A DNA stretch of 32,000 bases from Geobacter metallireducens GS-15 (lineage in GTDB: Bacteria > Desulfobacterota > Desulfuromonadia > Geobacterales > Geobacteraceae), in contig NC_007517.1 of assembly GCF_000012925.1 (NCBI RefSeq), positions 930,001-962,000 of the forward strand, given 5' to 3'. Positions 26,473-32,000 of this stretch are shown piece by piece. The notes beneath the pieces were generated by a model that saw nothing but the letters and a program-made list of their open reading frames with translations, was not told the origin of the DNA and made no database searches. The first letter of the stretch is position 1; each line of letters begins with the position of its first letter. Position numbers and translations under genes: made by a program.

Positions 26473-28233
26473 ATGAGTGAAGACAAGGACATGAAGAACC
26501 GCAACGCCATGACGATCAAGCGATTCGTCGATGTGGAGGAGGATGGGGAGCACGGGGGGTCGGGGGAGTTCGCCGAGCTTTTCCAGGAGAGCATCAAGCA
26601 GCACCGCGTGGGAGAGGTCGTCACCGGCAAGGTTGTTCACATCAGCAATGAATTTGTGCTTGTCGACATCGGCTACAAGTCCGAGGGGTGCATTGCCATA
26701 GACGAATTCCTTGACGAAGACGGCAATCTGACCGTCAAGGTCGGCGACGAAGTGAAGGCGCTCTTCGAGCGGAAGGAGAACCAAAAGGGGTATGCGGTTC
26801 TCTCGCGGCGCAAGGCCGAGCGTCTGGCCGTCTGGGATGTTATCGATGAAGCCGGCGGCGAAGGTGGCATCATCGAAGGCAAGATTACCGGTAAGGTAAA
26901 GGGTGGGCTTACCGTCGATATCGGCGTTCAGGCTTTCCTTCCCGCCTCCCAGGTCGATCTCCGGCCCGGGGGCAACCTCGACAAATACATCGGCACCACC
27001 GACCGGTTCAAGGTCCTCAAGCTCAACAAAAAGCGGGGCAATATCGTTCTCTCCCGCAGGGTACTCATGGAGGAGGAACGGGAGTCTTCGCGCAAAGAGA
27101 CCCTCGCCACCCTTGCCGAAGGGCAGGTCCGTGAAGGGGTGGTCAAAAATATTACCGATTATGGCGCCTTTGTGGACATCGGCGGTGTTGACGGCCTCCT
27201 CCACGTGACCGATATGTCGTGGGGCCGCCTCGGGCATCCTTCCGAGATTCTCAAGCCGGGCGACAAGCTGAATGTCAAGGTGCTCAAGTACGACCAGGAA
27301 AAAGGGAAAATCTCCCTTGGCCTCAAGCAGGTTACCCCTGACCCCTGGGTCTCCGTAGAGCAGAAGTACAACCAGGGCGACCGGGTAAAGGGGAAGGTTG
27401 TGAGCCTGACCGATTACGGGGCATTTATCGCCCTGGAGGACGGGGTAGAGGGGCTTGTCCATGTCTCTGAAATGTCCTGGACCCGCAGGCTGCGTCATCC
27501 CTCGGAAATCCTTACCGTGGGCGACGAGGTGGAAACGGTGGTCCTCGGTGTCGATATGGGCAATCGCCGTATCTCCCTCGGCCTTAAGCAGGTGCAGGTG
27601 AACCCCTGGACGCAGCTTGAGGAGAAGTACCCCGTGGGCACCAAGCTTGAGGGGCAGATCAAGAGCATCACCGACTTCGGTGTTTTCATCGGCATCGAAG
27701 AGGGGATCGACGGTCTTGTCCATGTCTCCGACATCTCGTGGACAAAACGGATCAAGCACCCGGGTGAAGTGTTCACCAAGGGGCAGACGGTCCAGGCTGT
27801 CGTGCTGAACATCGACCCCGAGAACGAGCGCCTCTCCCTCGGCATCAAGCAGCTTCTGCTCGATCCCTGGAGCGAGATTCCGGTCAAGTATCGTCCCGGT
27901 ACCCGCGTTCACGGCAAGGTCACGTCGGTCACCGACTTCGGTGTCTTCCTGGAGATCGAGGAAGGGATCGAAGGGCTCATTCACGTGTCTGAACTTTCAC
28001 GGGAAAAGGTGGCATCTCCCAAGGAGTTCACCAATGTCGGCGACGAACTTGACGCGGTGGTGCTCAGCGTCGACGAGTCGGAAAAGAAAATTGCCCTTTC
28101 CATCAAATCTCTCCAGATGGCGGCTGAAAAAGCAGAGATCGAGTCGTACATGCAGGCCCAGGGTGAGGCCACGTCCAACCTCGGCGAGCTTCTCAAGGTG
28201 GGGTTCCGGAAAAACGGTGACGGAAACGACTAA
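26473..28233 (+). CDS. rpsA: 30S ribosomal protein S1
   Basis: The protein has six S1 repeats (GxVxxITDFGAFVDI-type). A strong RBS, AGGGAGG, lies upstream. Confidence 0.95.
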   Translation: MSEDKDMKNRNAMTIKRFVDVEEDGEHGGSGEFAELFQESIKQHRVGEVVTGKVVHISNEFVLVDIGYKSEGCIAIDEFLDEDGNLTVKVGDEVKALFERKENQKGYAVLSRRKAERLAVWDVIDEAGGEGGIIEGKITGKVKGGLTVDIGVQAFLPASQVDLRPGGNLDKYIGTTDRFKVLKLNKKRGNIVLSRRVLMEEERESSRKETLATLAEGQVREGVVKNITDYGAFVDIGGVDGLLHVTDMSWGRLGHPSEILKPGDKLNVKVLKYDQEKGKISLGLKQVTPDPWVSVEQKYNQGDRVKGKVVSLTDYGAFIALEDGVEGLVHVSEMSWTRRLRHPSEILTVGDEVETVVLGVDMGNRRISLGLKQVQVNPWTQLEEKYPVGTKLEGQIKSITDFGVFIGIEEGIDGLVHVSDISWTKRIKHPGEVFTKGQTVQAVVLNIDPENERLSLGIKQLLLDPWSEIPVKYRPGTRVHGKVTSVTDFGVFLEIEEGIEGLIHVSELSREKVASPKEFTNVGDELDAVVLSVDESEKKIALSIKSLQMAAEKAEIESYMQAQGEATSNLGELLKVGFRKNGDGND

Positions 28234-28358
28234 CCGCGCTGGTGCTGTTAACGTGAATGAGCATGAGCCGACCGGGTAGGCAATCCCGGCGGAACTTCCG
28301 CAGGAGGGGGGCGGGCCGCTGGCCCGGCTCACGGAACCTTGCAGCAAGGAGTGCATGA

Positions 28359-28646
28359 ATGACGAAAAGTGAACTGGTAGAACAGTTGGCAGAGAAGAAT
28401 ACGTGGCTTACCCGCAAGGATTCGGAGATGATAGTGAACCTTGTCTTCGACAGCATCAGCGATGCGCTCAAGAGGGGCGAAAAGGTGGAGATTCGCGGCT
28501 TCGGCAGTTTTACCGTCCGCGAGCGCGGCGCCCGCGAAGCGAGAAATCCCAAGAGTGGTGATGTTGTGAAGATCCCCGCCAAGAAAACGCCGTTCTTCAA
28601 GACCGGCAAGGAACTTCGCGAGCGGGTCAACACCAAGGAAGAGTAG
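28359..28646 (+). CDS. ihfB: Integration host factor beta subunit (HU/IHF family)
   Basis: MTKSELVEQLA...VEIRGFGSF...RNPKSGD...KTPFFKTGKELRERVN is collinear with E. coli IhfB as recalled. The conserved cmk-rpsA-ihfB order is kept. The RBS is AAGGAG. Confidence 0.88.
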   Translation: MTKSELVEQLAEKNTWLTRKDSEMIVNLVFDSISDALKRGEKVEIRGFGSFTVRERGAREARNPKSGDVVKIPAKKTPFFKTGKELRERVNTKEE

Positions 28647-28655
28647 ATTTTCTTA

Positions 28656-28743
28656 GCCCGAATGGTGGAATTGGTAGACACAAGGGACTTAAAATCCCTC
28701 GACACTTAGTGTTGTGCCGGTTCGACCCCGGCTTCGGGCACCA
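28656..28743 (+). tRNA. tRNA-Leu (anticodon UAA), class II with a long variable arm and encoded CCA
   Basis: I folded it manually. The acceptor is GCCCGAA/TTCGGGC and the D stem is GTG/CAC. The anticodon stem AGGGA/TCCCT carries the loop CT-TAA-AA. A long variable arm is present. The T arm is GCCGG-TTCGACC-CCGGC, followed by A73 and CCA. Confidence 0.93.
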
Positions 28744-28756
28744 ATGGATGGGCGTG

Positions 28757-28796
28757 AAGGGGCTTTGCTTTCAGTGGCTGAGCCCCTTCTCTTTTT
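28757..28796 (+). terminator. Rho-independent terminator after tRNA-Leu
   Basis: An 8-bp stem, AAGGGGCT (28757-28764) with AGCCCCTT (28781-28788), is followed by CTCTTTTT (28789-28796). Confidence 0.7.
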
Positions 28797-28807
28797 GGAT
28801 GGGATAA

Positions 28808-29161
28808 ATGACCGATGAACGAATGACCAGGTTCCTGCACCGTTTCGCTGCTGCTGCCGAGGCCCATGCCGCTGCCATGGAAGCCATGGACGAGAATAAG
28901 GTCAACCGGCACGCGTTTGTGCTCCAGGGGCTTTATCGCGAAATAGTGCTGACAGGGGAAGCGGGGAGAGAGGGTCTCCTTGCCCTTGTGGACAGCGACC
29001 GAAAGGCTGTGGCGGGGATGGCGGCAGTCTACTCGCTCCGCTACTGCCCCGAGCGTGCCATTACCGTGCTTCGCAGGCTTTCCGCTGAAGAGGGGCTCTT
29101 GGGTTTTCGGGCAGGCATGGCCCTTGAGCGCTGGGAGCGGGGAGAGTGGAATCTTGAGTGA
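28808..29161 (+). CDS. Small DUF2019-like helical-repeat protein; function unknown
   Basis: The 117-aa ORF has a pattern (F...A...NR......L.......GREGLLALV.....AV...AA.YSLRYCPE.A..VL..L......LGF.A.MALERWE.GEW) that matches my recollection of the DUF2019 family. The RBS is weak. Confidence 0.6.
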   Translation: MTDERMTRFLHRFAAAAEAHAAAMEAMDENKVNRHAFVLQGLYREIVLTGEAGREGLLALVDSDRKAVAGMAAVYSLRYCPERAITVLRRLSAEEGLLGFRAGMALERWERGEWNLE

Positions 29162-29307
29162 GGGAAACTATAGTTGACAGATTTTGTAAGGTATGATACC
29201 TGACATATGTACAGCTATTCAGTGAGACGAGTGTCTGCCAGAGAAGGTCGGCACTCGTTCTGTTTCCACTCCCGTTGAGGGGACGCTGTCCCCGGGAAGG
29301 ATCGCCA

Positions 29308-29985
29308 ATGTTCGCACGCCTGCATGAGGATATCCAATCGGTCAAAGAACGGGACCCCGCCGCCCGCAGCAGCGTTGAGGTCTTTTTCTGCTACCCCGGC
29401 CTTCACGCCATCTGGTTCCATCGGTTTGCCCACTGGTTCTGGATGCGTGAGTTCTTTTTTCTCGGCCGATTTCTCTCGCACATTGGTCGCTTCTTTACCG
29501 GCATCGAGATCCATCCCGGCGCCACCATCGGGCGGCGGCTCTTCATCGACCACGGCATGGGGGTGGTGATCGGCGAGACGGCCGAGATCGGCGACGATGT
29601 CACCATCTACCACGGGGTCACCCTTGGTGGCGTGAGCCTGGAGAAGAAGAAGCGCCATCCCACGGTGGATAACAATGCAGTCATCGGCTCCGGCGCCAAG
29701 GTGCTCGGCCCCTTTACGGTTGGGGTGGGGGCGAAGATCGGCTCCAACTCGGTGGTGGTGAAGGAGGTGCCGGCGAACGCAACGGTAGTCGGCATTCCGG
29801 GACGGGTGGTCATGGCTGCCGATGAGCCGGCCAAGAAAGCAGACTTCGAGCACGGGAAGCTTCCCGACCCGGAAGCGAAAGCCATTTCGTGCCTCTTCGA
29901 TCAACTGCGGGAACTGGAGCGCAAGTATGCCGATCTTGCGGACGAACATGCCGCGCTCAGGCGTCGGGTGGAGTCAGGGAAGTAG
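29308..29985 (+). CDS. cysE: Serine O-acetyltransferase
   Basis: [19 protein letters not shown], the left-handed beta-helix hexapeptide repeats (GATIG..., [25 protein letters not shown]) and VVGIPGR are present. The ATG at 29308 is preferred over the ORF start at 29275. Confidence 0.9.
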   Translation: MFARLHEDIQSVKERDPAARSSVEVFFCYPGLHAIWFHRFAHWFWMREFFFLGRFLSHIGRFFTGIEIHPGATIGRRLFIDHGMGVVIGETAEIGDDVTIYHGVTLGGVSLEKKKRHPTVDNNAVIGSGAKVLGPFTVGVGAKIGSNSVVVKEVPANATVVGIPGRVVMAADEPAKKADFEHGKLPDPEAKAISCLFDQLRELERKYADLADEHAALRRRVESGK

Positions 29986-30025
29986 TTCTACTGTGTCACC
30001 TTGTGTCGGCGGATGGCGTCGGAAA

Positions 30026-30167
30026 GGAGCGGAGCTCTCGCTCCGAACCGATCCAGCGTCACTAGCCGGTCTTCGTGGCATGTGAACAGCTATTCCCGAG
30101 GCTTTCCCTCCGCTGATACCGGAGGTGGTTTCTTGCGGGGATCGGTTCTCCGCGAGAGCTCCGCCCC
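30026..30167. repeat. Long-range imperfect inverted repeat in the cysE-Rrf2 spacer
   Basis: 30029-30041 pairs with 30152-30164 (13 bp). 30045-30054 pairs with 30139-30148 (10 bp). A 3x3 internal loop separates the two helices, and 84 nt are enclosed. Confidence 0.6.
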
Positions 30168-30222
30168 TTCCGGGAACCAGTGGTGGGAAAGGTGACAACG
30201 TAGAAGGAGAAGAGGCTGATTT

Positions 30223-30651
30223 ATGCGGCTTTCGACACGGGCACAGTATGCGGTTCGGGCCATGGTGGATCTTTCCCTCCACTCGGAGGGGAGACCGGTC
30301 TCGCTCAAGGATATTGCCCTGCGGGAGGATATTCCCCTCAACTATCTGGAGCAGCTCTTCAACCGGCTGCGCCGCGGTGCCATCGTGGAGAGTGTGCGGG
30401 GACCCGGGGGAGGATACCTCCTGGCCCGGGAGAGTTCGGCAATCCGGGTGGGGGAGATCGTGGCCACGGTTGAGGAACCCCTGACGCCGGTTTCGTGCAT
30501 GGACAAGGGGAAGGGGCGTTGCACCCGGACGGCCGCCTGCACCACCCACAATGTCTGGGAGATGCTCGGCGAGCGGATCAGAACCTTTCTCGATTCCATT
30601 ACCCTGGAGGACCTGGTAATCGAGGCACGGGGGCGCGGAGGCGAGGAGTGA
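30223..30651 (+). CDS. Rrf2-family transcriptional regulator, IscR-like (predicted Fe-S ligands present)
   Basis: MRLSTRAQYAVRAMVDL is the Rrf2 helix-turn-helix. C92-x7-C100-x5-C106-x2-H109 resembles the IscR Cys3His ligand set. The RBS is GAAGGAGAAGAGG. Confidence 0.88.
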   Translation: MRLSTRAQYAVRAMVDLSLHSEGRPVSLKDIALREDIPLNYLEQLFNRLRRGAIVESVRGPGGGYLLARESSAIRVGEIVATVEEPLTPVSCMDKGKGRCTRTAACTTHNVWEMLGERIRTFLDSITLEDLVIEARGRGGEE

Positions 30652-30679
30652 GGGCGGTATTGCCCGCATTTGAGACTGC

Positions 30680-32000
<1,321 letters not shown>

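Noticed and set aside
29174-29197. TTGACA ... TATGAT upstream of cysE as a sigma70 promoter.
   Set aside because: The hexamers are only 12 nt apart, far from the 16-19 nt needed. They may be chance matches or belong to different elements.
29200-29216. A sigma54 promoter for cysE, by analogy with the 30076-30091 box.
   Set aside because: The -24 element reads TGAC instead of the near-invariant TGGC, so the shared motif cannot be explained simply as two RpoN promoters.
28656-29307. tRNA-Leu as the attachment site of a genomic island.
   Set aside because: I found no integrase or recombinase and no direct repeat of the tRNA 3' end in the following 1.5 kb. Only one small gene lies before housekeeping cysE, with no obvious compositional break.
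29815-29985. The C-terminal tail of about 55 aa on CysE ([10 protein letters not shown]...[11 protein letters not shown]) as an unusual extension lacking the C-terminal Ile used for CysK binding.
   Set aside because: As I recall, short Bacillus-type serine acetyltransferases carry a similar LPDP-containing helical tail. This is probably a normal subfamily feature.

Overview
G+C-rich (by eye about 60%) bacterial chromosomal segment. Gene content and order look like a Geobacter/Desulfuromonadales core region; that is inferred from recalled synteny, not from a search. I can support 31 protein-coding genes (two cut by the window edges) and one tRNA-Leu(UAA). I found no rRNA, CRISPR array, IS element, transposase, integrase or phage gene. 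Minus-strand block (1-6.2 kb): RlmI-type rRNA methyltransferase, ArsR-family regulator, an OppD/OppF-type ABC ATPase pair with no permease or binding protein, and a membrane HAMP-GAF-HD-GYP protein whose periplasmic domain carries a CXXCH haem-c motif. Plus-strand block (6.5-32 kb): SpoIID/LytB-domain protein, queA-tgt-yajC-secD-secF, a TPR protein, recJ, a CDF transporter, an uncharacterised three-gene module, then pheA-tyrA-aroA-cmk-ispH-rpsA-ihfB-tRNA-Leu, a small DUF2019-like gene, and cysE-Rrf2(IscR-like)-cysteine desulfurase-mnmA. Most of the window is ordinary housekeeping DNA. The best candidate for an undescribed system is the three-gene module at 16.2-21.4 kb: a degenerate-receiver membrane protein, a secreted LysM protein with four internal repeats, and an MshE/PilB-type ATPase with a c-di-GMP-type MshEN N-terminus. 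No pilus or secretion platform gene lies nearby. Secondary leads are non-coding: a promoter-to-terminator unit of about 105 nt upstream of spoIID/queA (small RNA or attenuator), a 21-nt motif shared by the cysE and Rrf2 upstream regions, and a 23-bp long-range inverted repeat in the cysE-Rrf2 spacer. All family assignments come from reading the translations and from memory of the families. No database search was run.
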